Numbered from the stretch's first letter, positions 25,569 to 38,476 are shown. The stretch is 64,000 nt of DNA from Callorhinchus milii (GCF_018977255.1 NW_024704743.1:1-64000); one strand, 5' to 3'. Numbers and translations are program-made. The notes: generated by a model from the sequence alone, not told the origin.

Positions 25569-25822
25569 CTAACATCTCCGCTGGTTTGCGGAGTGCTGCC
25601 CTGCCAGCCGGGCCCCAACATCCTGACGGTCATAGCACCGGGGAGATGAGGTCGCTCCTGTGTGTTCCGGAACTTTCCAGCAGCTGGTCGGCCTGGAGAG
25701 GAAGGGAGTGTTTACGCGCTCAGTGATGTTGGGCAGATTTGCGATGGGGTTCACCGCCCGAAGGCCTGACAGACGAAGGCTGTGAGAGACGTCACTAGTC
25801 GAGGTCTGAGCTCTTTCATCTC
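25569..25822 (-). CDS. Candidate unknown gene, terminal exon E9 ((G)DERAQTSTSDVSHSLRLSGLRAVNPIANLPNITERVNTPFLSRPTSCWK...NQRRC-stop)
   Basis: ggtctgtgcAG acceptor at 25824-25823, 254 nt open to TAG, unique island. Confidence 0.5.
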
Positions 25823-26204
25823 CTGCACAGACCGTAGGGTCAACCAACCCATTGAGCTTCTGCCAGGCCCCCACTCTCTCTCCCTCTCTCCCTCTCCCCC
25901 CATCGTGTCTGTGCTGGTGCTCGCTCCCCCACAGGAGCTCTCTACTCCCTACTCTAACCCCATTCTCCCCTGACCGGACGGGGGGGTGGGGGGTGGGGGG
26001 TGGGGGGGGGGGGGGGGTCGGGTTTAAAGTCTCGTCCAATAGACGGTGCATCAGACAGTTGCATTGCTCGAAGTCAGGCTCCGCTCTGAGAGGCTACTCT
26101 GGGTGGAGGGCGCGATGTAAGTTGTTGTTGTCGTGCCTGTGGTGAGACGGAGGGGGTGGGGGGATTGGGTGGGGCTTAAACCCACGATCGTCGGACTCAT
26201 AAAT

Positions 26205-26860
26205 TCTGTCACCCCAGGCACCAGCATCTCCGGTCGACTTAAGTGACAAGACAACAAATAGTGGAAATGACAGCCCAGAAGGAGGCCATTCGGCCCATCG
26301 TGTCTGCGTCTGTGGCCTTTGACAGAGCCAACCTTTCAGTACCATTGCCCTGCCTTGTCCTCCCTCCCACATCAACCCCCCCCCACCCCCCCCTTTACAC
26401 CTGCCCTCACTCACCTCTCAAACGCCCCTATGTCAGTCGCTGTCTCTCCTCAGATCTCTACCTCGTCCCCTCTTGAAAGCTTAACCCGACTTCTGCGTCG
26501 ACCGCCACTCCCGGCAGCACATTGCGCCTCCTAACCACTCTCCGTGTCAATAAAATCCTCCCGAGACCCTCTTCACGTGCGGTTCTCCGGCCGCTTGTCC
26601 AGCTAGGACCCCCCGCCTCCCCGTTAGTTAGTTAGTTAGTTAGTTGGGGCTTTGGCTGTGGGGTTAACGGGAGCTGAGGGGGAGGATTCCCTGACCCCAG
26701 TGACTGGTCGGCCCCTCCAGGTCCTGCCGATGGATGAGCCGGGGCCGGGCTGGGCGGCCATCAGCCGTGAGTGCCCTGGGACACTGCGGCCCCTCCTGGC
26801 TCAGGAACCGGGGACCAGAGACCGGCACCGAGGGGGAGTGGGGGCTCGATACCCACATTC
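26205..26860. repeat. Third, ~650-bp partial copy of the duplicated segment (direct to 1-453, inverted to 12424-13063)
   Basis: Near-identical sequence; the ORF-track peptides recur (26094..26414- vs 12845..13165+; 26734..27114+ vs 294..575+). Confidence 0.95.
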
Positions 26861-27299
26861 TGCTGCTGAGCCCCGTGAAATCCCCGCTTACCCCCAGCCC
26901 ACCCTCTCCGCCCCCTAAGCCCCCACTACCACCCTCTCTCTCTCCGCGCCACCCCCCCACCCCCACTCCTCCGCTCCCTCACTCTCTCCACCCTACCTCA
27001 CCCCCCCCACCCCCCCACCCCCACCCAAGAGCAGGACATGACCCGTGGCTGAGAGCTGGGAGATGGAGCCTGAGGCGGCTCAATGACTGGAGAAACCTTC
27101 ACCCTCGGCCCTGATAAACAGCGGGGTGGGGGGGGGGGGGGGGGGGGGCCACGTGTTAACCCCGGGGTGACTCCAGCCTCCCGCAGCCCCGGCTCAGTGT
27201 CTGCCTCCCTCCGCTTTTGTTTAATTGGCCGTTCGGTCAAGGCTGCTGTTTATTTTAAGAGTCAGTTTTTTTGTGTGTGTGCGAAACGCAGCCAAGAGA

Positions 27300-28610
27300 G
27301 CGCGCGCGCGCGTGTGTGTGTGTGTGCGTGTGTGTGTGTGCGTGAGAGTGTGTGTGTGTGACAGTGTGTGTGTGTGAGCATATGCGTGGGTGTGGGTGTG
27401 AATGTATGCGTGTGAGCGTGTGTGTGGGTGTGGGTGTGCGAGTGAGCATGTGTGTGAGAGTGTGTGGGTGTGTGTGTGTGAGCACGTGTGTGCGCGTGTG
27501 TGGGTGTGAGTGTACGTACGTGTGTGTGTGGGTGTGTACGCGTGTGAGTGTGTGTGTGTGTGTGTGAGCATGTGTCTGTGCATGTGTGTGTATGTGAGCG
27601 TGTGTGTGTATATGTACGCGTGTGTGTGTGTATATGTACACGTGTGTGTGTGAGAGTGTGAGTGTGTGTGTATATGTACACGTGTGTGTGTGAGAGTGTG
27701 TGTGTGTGTGTACATGTACGCGTGTGTGTGAGAGTGTGTGTGTGTATATGTACGCGCGCGTGTGTGTGAGAGTGTGAGTGTGTGCGTGTGTGTGAGTGTG
27801 TGTGTGTGCGCGTGTGTGCGAGCGCGTGTATCAGGGTGGTCCGTGTATTGGTGCCTCCTGTTTGTCCCTCGTCCCCTCCGCTCCACCATCAGCCACTACC
27901 CCCCGAACCTCTGGCACTCTCTCCCCCAATCCCCCCGCCTCGCCCCCTCCCTTCCTTTTTGATCGTGTTTACGGTCACCTCCCCCCACCCCCTCTCCCCC
28001 CCGGCTCGGGGTCAGACTCCGCCGCTGTCGAGCGCTCCGGGCGCCACCCCACGTGACGGGCGCTATATAAATGCCAGTTGTTGTCGTCGTAGTGTGAATT
28101 GGTCGTAGTCGTCATTGGTTCGGCCGTAGTCAGTGGTAATAATCCCATCCAAAACCAAAAATTGTCTCACACTCTCTCTGTCTCACACTCTCTGTCTCAC
28201 ACTCTGTCTCACACTCTCTCACTCTCACACTCTATCTGTCTCACACTCCACACTCTGTCTCACACTCTCACACTCTCTGTCTCACACTCTCACACTCTCT
28301 GTCTCACGCTCTCTGTCTCACACTCTCTCACTCTCACACTCTATCTGTCTCACACACTCTCTGTCCCACACTCTCTGTCTCACACTCTCTGTCTCACACT
28401 CTCTCACTCTCACACTCTATCTGTCTCACACACTCTCTGTCCCACACTCTCTGTCTCACACTCTCTCTGTCCCACACTCTCTGTGTCTCACGCTATGGAT
28501 CTCACACGCTCTTTGGCTCACACTCTCCGTCTCACACTCTCCATCTCACACTCTCTCTCTCTCTCTCTGTCCCACACACCAATGTGTCTCACACTCTCTC
28601 CGTCTCACAC
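27300..28610. repeat. Complex (GT)n block (27300-27830) and TCTCACACTCTCTG block (28160-28610)
   Basis: Direct inspection. Confidence 0.88.
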
Positions 28611-30274
28611 TCTACGTAACTCTCTCGGTTTCTGTCCGCTCCAGCCTTGTATTACAGCACAGACAGGAGGGAATAATTCCTTGTTTTCTGACAAGTGCTG
28701 CCCGCGGGGTTGTGGGGGTGGGGGGGGCGTGTGGTGGGTGGGAGGGGGGGGTGCGGGGGTGGGGGTGGGGGGGTGAACGGACCGCTCGCAGCATATCCAG
28801 ACGTGTCAATCCAGCCGAGATTCGCGCGCGGGCGTTCTTCAGTCGAAACTCAGCAGAAGGTTCCCGAGAGATGTTGTTGGCTCAGTTTCGCAGTAAATGA
28901 TACCGCGGAGTCCTGGGGCTGAGAGAGCTGAGAGCGCTCGCCTCGCGTGCGAGAAGACCCGGGTTCGATTCCCGGGCAGGGTGAAGCGTTAGCGAGCGCG
29001 AGCCTCTGCTCACGGAGCAGTGAGTAGGAACCCGCCAGTCAGCGGATTGGCCGATCGCTTTTCCGGAGATAAAAATCCCTTTCAAAATCCCCAAATCGAA
29101 ACGATGACGTTAACAATTTGATCGCTCAATCCGCGCCTGTTTGCGTGCCGAGGGGGGTGGGTGGGGGGTGGTGGTGGGGGGGTGGGGGGAGACGCTGCTG
29201 CGCGCGACCGGCTGCCGCGTTTCGCCCGCAAACCACCCGGTCCCGACACGTAACAGTATATCCCGTGAAGGGCTTCGAGACGTCTCGGAGATGTTGACAA
29301 GGGGCGGCATCGAATGTTTCGAGGATAGTCTGGAATCCTCTCCCCGAAAAGGCAATGGGGATTGTGTCTGGATCCAGACACGTTGTCAAGACCGAGGTGG
29401 ATAGACGTTTGTTAGGTCAGGGCGTTAGGGGATATGGAGCAAAGGCGGGTAATCGGAGCATTGGGAGTTGAGGCACCGATCAGCCGTGATCTTATAGAAC
29501 GGCGGAACAGGCTCGAGGGGCTGAATGGCCTCCTCCTAGTTTCTATGTTTCTATCTTGCCCTCCACCAGGCCTCTCTGTGGAAAAACATGCGCGAGGCCA
29601 GACTGGGGAGTCCTTTCCCCTCCGTTAGACTCTGAAGATCACTCGCCTGTCCAACAGCACCTTTGATCGTCACTACCGTAGTTATTCTTCCTTTTTTTTT
29701 GTTGCTCAGATGAGTGTCTGACACATACTGAAACCCATCAGGCTTCAGGTTGGTGAGAACCAAGGCTTGGGGGGGGTGCGTTGGGGGTAACTGCTGACCA
29801 GCTAAACCCACGCACAGCTCGGCCATCGAGAGCGCTGTCTGGCCAAGCTTCCGCGCCGCTTGTCCAGCCGAGGACCCCCCCCCCCCCCTCCCCGCTAGGG
29901 CTTTGGCTGCGGGGTTAACAGGAGCTGAGAGGGAGGATTCTGTGGTCCTGTCAACACATTGTGAAGGCTTCATTTTGGGAAAAATTCAACGTTCTGGGTC
30001 AGGAGCTGAATCAAAAGGAAAGTATTATTTTTATTACCAGAAACGAGGGAGTGGACACAGACAAGGCTGACACTACAGCTTTGATCATCATGACTCAGTC
30101 CCATTGTTAATGGTGCGATCACAGGCCAAAAGCTGCGTCAGAGAGATCGAGTTTCTCCCAGTTTCTCCCCCCACCACCCCACCCCACCCCACCGCACCCC
30201 CCCACCCCACACCCGCAGCTTGTCTGTCTAACAGCTACATTACAACGGTGGAGATCATCCAACAGTAAGTGGGT

Positions 30275-30311
<37 letters not shown>

Positions 30312-30506
30312 GGCTACAGCTGTGCGCTCGTGAGATCGTGAGATAGGGAGAGCCGTGCGCACATAACCATAACAAACACCTGAGACGTCACAAAGCGCTT
30401 CACAGGATATATTGTCATATGGATTGACTGTGTGTTTTGTGGGCGAGCGAGTGAGTGAGCGAGCGTGCGAGCGAGTGAGTGAGCGAGCGAATGAGCGAGT
30501 GAGTGA

Positions 30507-30541
<35 letters not shown>

Positions 30542-30711
30542 AGTGAGTGAGTGAGTGAGTAAATGAGTGAGGGAAGTGAGTGAGGTTGCCTCAGGCAGGT
30601 CCTGGATTTGATGTGAAGTAAGAATGAAAGAGGAAATGGGTGTGGAGCCCTCAAAAGCCACACAATCTGGACAGAGAGAAAGAAAGAGAGAGTGAGAGAG
30701 AGAGAGAAAGT

Positions 30712-30744
<33 letters not shown>

Positions 30745-30851
30745 GGATTTTCCCGGGCAATGTCTCACAACCTGTGGCTGACGGGGAGAGAGTTTGAGAT
30801 GTGTTTCTCAGGCTTGGGAACAAAGTGAAGAGAGAACGTGGAGTCCAAGCC

Positions 30852-31228
30852 AATAATAATAATAATAATAATAATAATAATCCTTGCATTTGATCCAGCG
30901 CCTTATCACATCGTTGAGACGCCTGCAACAGGGCTTCGCGGAACATATTGTGAAGTGTAGTGACTGTATATCTTGTGGGCGAAAATCGGCAGACAATCGG
31001 TTGTGGATTGCGTGACCAACATTTTTTTTCGGAGGGATTATTAGCCCCGGAAAGCGATCGGCCGATCGACTAACCACCGAGCTCCCACCGACTGTTGGTA
31101 AACAGAGACGTGTGTGTGCGCGGAGTAAGGAAACTCGCTGAAGGGTTCGTCCTGACCGGGAATCGAACCCAGGGTCCTCCCGTTTGCCTCTTGAAGCGAG
31201 TGCTCTAAACACTGAGCTACAGGACTCC
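30852..31228 (-). mobile_element. Full-length tRNA-derived SINE (family A: tRNA-Ala(CGC)-like head, Deu-SINE-like 3' part, (TTA)n tail)
   Basis: Head GGAGTCCTGTAGCTCAGT...GGGTTCGATTCCC, body GTTTCCTTACTCC...CTCTGTTTACC, tail CAGTCACTACACTT...GATAAGGCGCTG...AAATGCAAGGATTATTATT. Many copies in the window. Confidence 0.88.
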
Positions 31229-32123
31229 GAGGCTATTCAGCCCCCATCGAGGTTTCCCGAGATCGGGAGAGCCGTGCGCACATAATCATAATAAAGACCT
31301 TGTATTTGATACCGCACCTGATCACGTCATCGAGGCATCTCAAAGCGCTTCACAGGATATATTGTCATGTGGATTGACTGTGTGTTTTGTGGGCGAGTGA
31401 GCGAGCGAGTGAGCGAGCGAGTGAGCGAGTGATAGAGTGAATGCGCGGGTGAGTGAGGGAGTGAGGGAGTGAGCAAATGAGTGAGCGAGTGAGCGAGCGA
31501 GTGAGTGAGTGAGTGAGTGAGCGAGTGAGTGAATGAATGAGCGAGTGAGCGAGTGAGTGAGTGAATGAGCGAGTGAGCGAGTGAGCGAGTGAGCGAGTGA
31601 GTGAATGAATGAATGAATGAATGAATGAGCGAGCGAGCGAGTGAGTGAGTGAGTGAGTGAGTGAGCGAGTGAGCGAGCGAACAAGTGAGTGAGTGTGTGA
31701 GTGTGTGAGTGAGTGAGTGAGCAAGCGAGCGAACAAGTGAGTGAGTGAGTGAGTGAGTGAGTGAGTGAGTGAGTGAGTGAGTGAGTGAGTGAGTGAGTGA
31801 GTGAGTGAGTGAGTGAGGTTGCCTCAGGCAGGTCCTAGATTTGATTCGAAATAAGAACGAAAGAGGAAATGGGTGCGGAACCCCTCAAAAACCACACGAG
31901 AGAGAGAGAGAGGAGAGATCTGTTGCTCTATTACGTCACAGCAGATCTCTTTTAATCCCCCACTCCACCCCCCCACCCCCCCTCCCACCCACACACCCAC
32001 ACACACTCTTCCACTCTCTCTCCAGTTGTCAGCCCGGCTCAGTCGCTCGCTCTCTCTCGCCTCGGTTGAGGGTCGGGGAATCTGAGCTCACAGTCCAGGC
32101 TGATGTTCCAGGGCAGCGCTGGG

Positions 32124-32159
<36 letters not shown>

Positions 32160-32287
32160 CGTTAAACCTCACTCACTCCCCGTCTGTGCCCTGTTCAGGC
32201 GGACGGTAAAGATCTCCCGAGGCGCTGTCGGGGTGAGGGGGAAAGAGAGGGAATTTCTCTCTCTCCCTCCCTCTCTTGCTCTCTCAT

Positions 32288-32322
<35 letters not shown>

Positions 32323-32481
32323 TCGCTCTTGCACTCCCTCTTTGGCTCCTCTGTCTCCCCCAACCCCCTATTTCGCTCTCTCTGTTTCTGTGTGTGTGTG
32401 TGTGTCTCTCTCTCTCTCTCTCTCTCTCACCTCTCTCCCTCTAGCTCTCTCTCCCTCTCTCTCCCCCATCCTCCTCTCTCC

Positions 32482-32523
<42 letters not shown>

Positions 32524-32772
32524 CTCTCTCACTCTAGCTCTCTCTCTCTCTCTCTCAATCTCCCTGCCCACCCCCACCCCCCCCCCCCACCCCCCCGTCT
32601 CTCCTCTCTCTCGCTCTGTCTGTCTGCGTGGTATATAATTGTAGGTTGGCGCTGGGCTAGGGCTGGGTTACGAGCTTTGGTGCTCAGTATAATTGTGGTC
32701 TGAGACTGAGCTAAGTGGCCCGGAGACAACCCTCGCCTTTGTTTCAGGCTCCCCGCCTGGTTAATAACAGGC

Positions 32773-32797
32773 NNNNNNNNNNNNNNNNNNNNNNNNN
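32773..32797. other. Assembly gap (25 N)
   Basis: N run. Confidence 1.
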
Positions 32798-33606
32798 GGT
32801 GAGAGAAGGGGAAGAGTGAACGCAGATGCGATAACCTTGTCACAGACGTTCTGACGCAGTCCAGAGCAGCCGGACCCGGGCAAGAACCTTCAGGGCTCTC
32901 ACACGTACACACAAACACACACACACACACACACGCACACGCACACATCGCTCTCCCTACCATGACGCTCGCCTCGCAAGCGAGAGGACCTGGGTCCGAT
33001 TCCCGGGCAGGTCGAAACCTTCGGCGAGTCTCCTTACTCCGCACGCCTCTGTTCACCTCGCAATAAGTCGGAACCCGGTGGACGCAAAGCTTAACGCCAT
33101 GTCCTGACAGCGCTTCGGGACGTCTCAACGACGTGATGAGACGCTGTACCAAATGCAAGGATTATTATTATTATTATTATTATAAATGCGGGGCCACATT
33201 TGCATTTCGTGTAGGAACGTGGGAAAAGGCGATTCCCAGGCAGTGAGAGCCGGGAGGGTGTGGTGGGTGTGAGGGGAGGGTGGTGGTGGGGTGGTGGTGG
33301 GGGGGGGTGTAATGGCCTTGTCACCAATCTAAGCTCCTCCACCCTTCCTGAGAGGAGAGTTTAGCCAAAGGTTGAACCGTCGGCGAGGAGGAGAGATCGA
33401 AGTGTCGGGTTTATAAGGTGCTCCGGGGCCAATTTGCGGGATCTCGCTGCGAGCAAAATGGCCTCCACCTCCACCACCCCACCCCCACCCCCCCACCCAC
33501 CACCACCCCCTCCCCCAAAAAATATCTGCAGTCCTTGACGACCGTCCAGACATCACCTCCAGCACCTCAACAGGGCCTCAGTTCTTCAAACGTCTCAATG
33601 ATTAAA

Positions 33607-33900
33607 AGTTGGGACAGGACCATTAATGGGAGAGGTTCACCACAGACAATAAGGAAATGGCGGACAAACTAAACAAATACTCCGCCGCCTCAGATAACAC
33701 GAAGGAAACTGATAAGCGAGGTTTGCTCGGAGAGAGAGGGAGGGGGGGGCGGGGGTGGGGGGGGCGTAAAAGCGTTTTACAAACAGGACGGTTAGGAACA
33801 GGAGAAGGGGGAGGTGTCCGATAAATAAATCCCACGAAGGTTACAGGACAGAGAGAGAGAGAGAGAGAGAGAGAGACTGCGCCCCAAGGAAGCTGAGGCT
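33607..33900 (+). mobile_element. CR1 ORF2 fragment; second copy at 46976-47250
   Basis: DNKEMADKLNKY motif; the second copy also has a D.A.PDG..PR.L remnant. Confidence 0.7.
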
Positions 33901-34049
33901 CTCTATATGTTTAAGAATCGCAAGAAAAAAAATCCTTGGGTTCGACCCGGCGCTTCGAGACGTCTCAAAGCGCTTCACAGGATGCGCTGTGAGGCGCAGT
34001 GACTGCGTGAAGTGACCGAATTCTTTGACGTTATTCATTTGTTTTGTCA

Positions 34050-34600
34050 CCTCGCGGTCACAGCGGCTGAGACCCTCGTCACTTCCCGGCTGGACTATTC
34101 CGCTGCCCTCCTCGCCGGTCTCGCCAGCTCCACCGTACAACTGATTCAGAACTCCCCACACCCCCCCCACCCACCCATCCACCCCCTGACAAAACTCCGT
34201 CCCCCCCGCCCCCCCACCCCGTCACCCCAGCCCTCGCCAGGCTCCACCGGCTCCCAATCCACCAACGCATCGATTTCAAGATCCTCTCGCTCGTTTCCAA
34301 ACCCCTTCACGCACGCCCTGGCACCTCCCTCCCTCTCTCTCCGACCTGCTTAACCCCCCCTCTCCCCCACCACCCCCCCCCCAACCCACTCCCCCGCCCG
34401 CTGCCTCCGCTCGGCTGGCTCCGGTTTGTCCCTCGTCCCCTCCGCTCCACCATCGGTGGCCGTGCCTTCAGCCACTACCCCCCGAAACTCTGGGACTCTC
34501 TTCCTCAATCCCCCCCCCACCACCACTCCCCCACCTCCCCCGGGGCTCGGGGTCAGACTTTGCCCGCGATGCTACCCTGTGCGAAGGACGCTGTATATTT
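34050..34600 (+). mobile_element. L2-clade LINE 3' fragment. Similar pieces at about 3120-3370, 37530-37950, 42480-42830, 51740-52100-, 53210-53610, 58990-59200-
   Basis: AAETLVTSRLDYSAALLAGL here; LHWLP, FKILVLAFKA...LAPSYLSDLL and LWNSIP..LR in other copies. These are L2 ORF2 C-terminal motifs. Confidence 0.8.
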
Positions 34601-35267
34601 ATGTTGTTGAGGTAAACAGAGGCGTGTGGGTGTGGGTGTGTGTGTGGGTGTGTGCATGTGGGGGGGGGGGGGTGTGTGTGTGGGTGTTGTATGTGTGGGG
34701 GAAGGTGCGTGGGTGTGTAAGTGGGGGGAAGGTGCGTGGTGTGTGTAAGTGTGGGGTGTGTGTGGTGTGTGTGTGTGTGTGTGGTGTGTGTGGTGTGTGT
34801 GTGTATGTGTGGGGGGAGGGTGCGGGTGTGTGTAAGTGTGGGGTGTGTGTGGATGTGTGTGTGTAAGTGTGGGGTGTGTGTGTGTGTGGATGTGTGTGTG
34901 GGTGTGTGTATGTGTGGGGGGGAGGGTGCGTGGGTGTGTGTAAGTGTGAGGTGTGTGTGTGGATGTGTAGAGGTGTGTGTGGGTGTGTGGATGTGGGTGG
35001 ATGTGTAGAGGTGTGTGTGGGTGTGTGGATGTGGGTGGATGTGTAGAGGTGTGTGTGGGTGTGTGGGTGTGTGGATGTGTAGAGGTGTGTGTGGGTGTGT
35101 GTGTGGGTGTGTGTGTGTGTGGGGGTGTGTGTGTGTGCGTGCGGCGTAAGGAAACTGGCCTGAGGTTTCTCCCCCCCCCGGGGAGCAAACCCAGGTCCTC
35201 TCCCTTGCGAGGCGAGCTCCCTAACCACCGAGCCACCGGCGTCCACAAGAGTTTCTGCAGGAGAGGA

Positions 35268-35500
35268 GGGAGTCGTGCCAGAGGACTGGAGAGTGGCCAA
35301 CGCAATACCTATTTATATAAAGGGGGATAGAGCTCATCCAGGAATCTCCAGGAGGGGCCGTTAAATGTCGGATGATATTAGACCCTACATTGAACGATGA
35401 AGTAACCAGTCGTCTTGGGGAAGGAGAATATAATTGGGGGCTATCAGCAGCGATTTGTGAAGCCGAGGTCGGACTTGACCAACGTCATCCAATTCACCTC
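35268..35500 (+). mobile_element. CR1 LINE ORF2 fragment (reverse-transcriptase N-terminal region), degenerate
   Basis: Translates GVVPEDWRVANAIPIYIKGDRAHPGN and IGGYQQRFVKPRSDLTNVIQF, matching the CR1 motifs GxVPxDWRxANVxPxxKKG and QHGFxKxRSCLTNLIxF. Confidence 0.82.
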
Positions 35501-36048
35501 CGGTGCCAAGTGCGAAGAGGTCCCGAGACTTCTATGCCTCAACGATAGACTGCTTCCTCTTCCTGCCCCATGTCCCGCAGCATTACCCCTTCCCTCCCCC
35601 CATTCCTACCTGCCCCCCCTCCGCTCCCTCCGCCCTGCCTCCTCCCCTACACTCCCTCGCCCCCATTTCTCCTTCCTCCTCCCTCCCTCCCACCGTCGCG
35701 GAAAGAGAAGGGAGTTTCTCTCTCTCTCTCTCTCTCGCTTCTCTCTCTCTCTCTCTCCCGGTGTCCCCAAATAAAATCGGTCCCTTCCTCCACGGCCGTG
35801 CGCAATTGCGCTGCCGCCTTTCGCCAACAAAAACCCGCGGTCACTACACTTCCCAGCCTATTCCTGTGAAGCGCTATGAGAGACGCCCGGGGCCTTCGGG
35901 GGACCTTCCTCCCGACGTGTAAAGTCCCTGTGCAGTGTTGCTAATGATAATAATGATAATAATGATAAAGAAATAACGATGATCTTTGCCGCCTTTCCCG
36001 CGGGAGGTGCTTACGGGTCAAGCGTAGTGACTGTGCGTCTTGCGAAAC

Positions 36049-36079
36049 CTGTCACAGACGCGGTGGGAGACTGCCTGTG
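36049..36079 (-). CDS. Candidate unknown gene, mini-exon E8 (HRQSPTASVT+G; phase 0 to 1)
   Basis: Strong acceptor cttcctcttcccctgccAG. The donor CAG|GTTTCG is weak and abuts a SINE tail fragment. Confidence 0.3.
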
Positions 36080-37003
36080 CTGGCAGGGGAAGAGGAAGCG
36101 ATTTGTTGGCGTGGGATATTATGCTTGGAAGAGAGCGTGGAGCTCGGGACTGGCTCACGCTGACTTTGCCCAATGATTCCACGTCCAAACATTTTGAGAG
36201 AGAGTTTTTTTTTCTTTCTATTTGGAGCGAGTCCGGAGATCTTAAATTAGAATTCTTTTTGTTGCCGTTTTTAAGGTGGTTTCTTTTCGGCCCTTTCCCT
36301 CCGCGTCACACCCTGGGGTTAGAGTGTGGCTTGGTGCACGCTCCCCGCCCCACCCACCCACCCACCCACCCCCCTCCGCCCTCTCCCCTCTTCCCCCCAC
36401 TCTCTCTCTCTCTCTCTCTCTACCCCACCTCCCGACATCGTCGAGAGCGAGGCGACAGATGTTTGTGAGGTCGGGGATTCACGGCGTTACGGGGGAGCGA
36501 AGGCAGGTAGTTGGAGTTGAGGTACAGAGCAGCCATCATCTCACGGAATGGCAGGACAGGCTCGAGGGGCTGAATGGCCTCCTCCTGCTTCTGCGATTTT
36601 AAGGCTGAAAAGGTCGCACGGGCTGTGACTGCCTGGAATTCGGGTTCTCCGCAAGCGTTTTCGCAATCCGACCTCCCCTCCAACCCTCCCTCCCTCCCTC
36701 CCTCTCTCCCTCTCTCTCTCCCTCTCTCTCTCTCGCCAGCGTGACTCAAGGCATCGAGTCAAAGCTCCGCTGGTGCGTCGGGGGCCGGGTTTTTTCTGTG
36801 TTAAACTGTTATTGCAGTCCGAAACGTTGCTGGTAAATAATATATTCTGCCTGTGATTTTTTTTTTGTTGTTTTCTCAGCCCTTTCCCCTGTGTTTTCTC
36901 AGCTTGTGAAACTGGAGGAAGCGCATACACTCGTGCCTTCCCCTCTCAGGCATTGTGCAAACTTCCAGCACAGAAACAAGAGTCTTGCACAACCCGATAC
37001 CTT

Positions 37004-37045
<42 letters not shown>

Positions 37046-38072
37046 ACAAACCCTTTAATGCGCTTCCAAATTCCAAAGCGTATTCTCTTTGAAAAATGTT
37101 GCTCTGGGGTTGATTTCCTCGACTCCTTGTTCTCTCTCCTTTCTTTTCCCTTCCGTCGCCAGTCAAACCAACCCCCCCCACCCACCCCCCACCCCACACC
37201 CCCCCCCCCTCGCACACGTGCACACATACACACAACCGGCCCCCCCAGATCCCGCAAAGGAAACTCCTGTCAAGTGTAGTGACCGTCCACTGCTCATGAC
37301 AGCGCAGCGCAGCGCAGCCCGGCTCGTCGGCGGGATTTGGAAGGGCCGACCAGGCGCCGGGGGGGCAAGGAATCTTACCGCTCAGCTTCCGGTTAACCCC
37401 ACAGCCAAAGCCCTAACGGGTAGGGTGGTCCTCGCCGGACCGGCAGCGGGGAAGCTTGGCCAGGCAGAGCTCTTATTGGCAAGCTGTGCGGTTTTAGCTG
37501 GTTAGGCTCCAGCAAAACCCTGCAGCTCGTGTGCTCTCGCGCACCAGGCTCCGTGACACCCATCACTCCCACCCTCGCCCAACTCCGCTGGCCCCCCCAT
37601 CCCCCAGAGGATCGAGTTCAGCGCCTTGGGACGTCCCCCTCCCGACGTGAAAGACGCCCTATAAATGCAATCTTGTTGTTGTTGTTGTTGTTGTTGTTCA
37701 AGATCCTCGTCCTCGCCTTTAAGGCCATCCAATGCCTTGCCCCCTCCTACCTCTCTGACCTGCTGACTCCCGACCAACCTGCCCGCTCCCTCCGCTCATC
37801 AAGCTCAGGACTGCTCCATGTCTCCCGCCCGACCCGTCCTACCATCAGCCTCTCTGCCCCCACACTCTGGAACTCCATCCCACGGTCCCTTCGCCCTCGC
37901 TTCCTCCCTCGCCTCCTCCAAGGCCGGACTCAAGACCCTTCTCTTCTTGCTACATCAAATGCACGGATTAATATTATTATTGGGCGATTAGCACTGAGCG
38001 GGACAGACACTGACCCACTGAGACACCGCACCCCTTGGCCCATTCACCCCGTAGGCTTTGCTTTTTCTAGGG

Positions 38073-38445
38073 GCTCAGCCGGGGTGTCCGACACAGGTGG
38101 AAACCGTTGTTTAAGAGTCTCCAAACCTCAGCTGAGAATTCCCCGACTCCCACCTCCACGTGGAAATCCCAGAGAGAGATGGTTGGAATGGAATGCGCTC
38201 TCTCTCTCTCTCTCTCGCTCCCTGGAGGGACGCCCCTCCCCACCCCCGTTTACCTAATACCAGAGAGTATTAGGCGCAGGTTGGCGAGAGCCAAGGCTTG
38301 GAGGGGGCGCGGGGGGGAGCCCAGAGTGTGCGTTGGGGTAACTGCTGGAGTCCTACCAGCTAAACCCACACACAGCTCGGCCATCGAGAGCGCTGTCCGG
38401 CCAAGCTTTCCCAATGCTTGTCCAGCCGAGGACCACCCTCCCCGC

Positions 38446-38476
<31 letters not shown>

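Noticed and set aside
38125..38235. HDV-like ribozyme in family C (ACC-TCCACGT-GG resembles P3/L3)
   Set aside because: P3 has only two pairs, I could not find convincing P1, P1.1 or catalytic J4/2 elements, and the loop is not conserved among copies.
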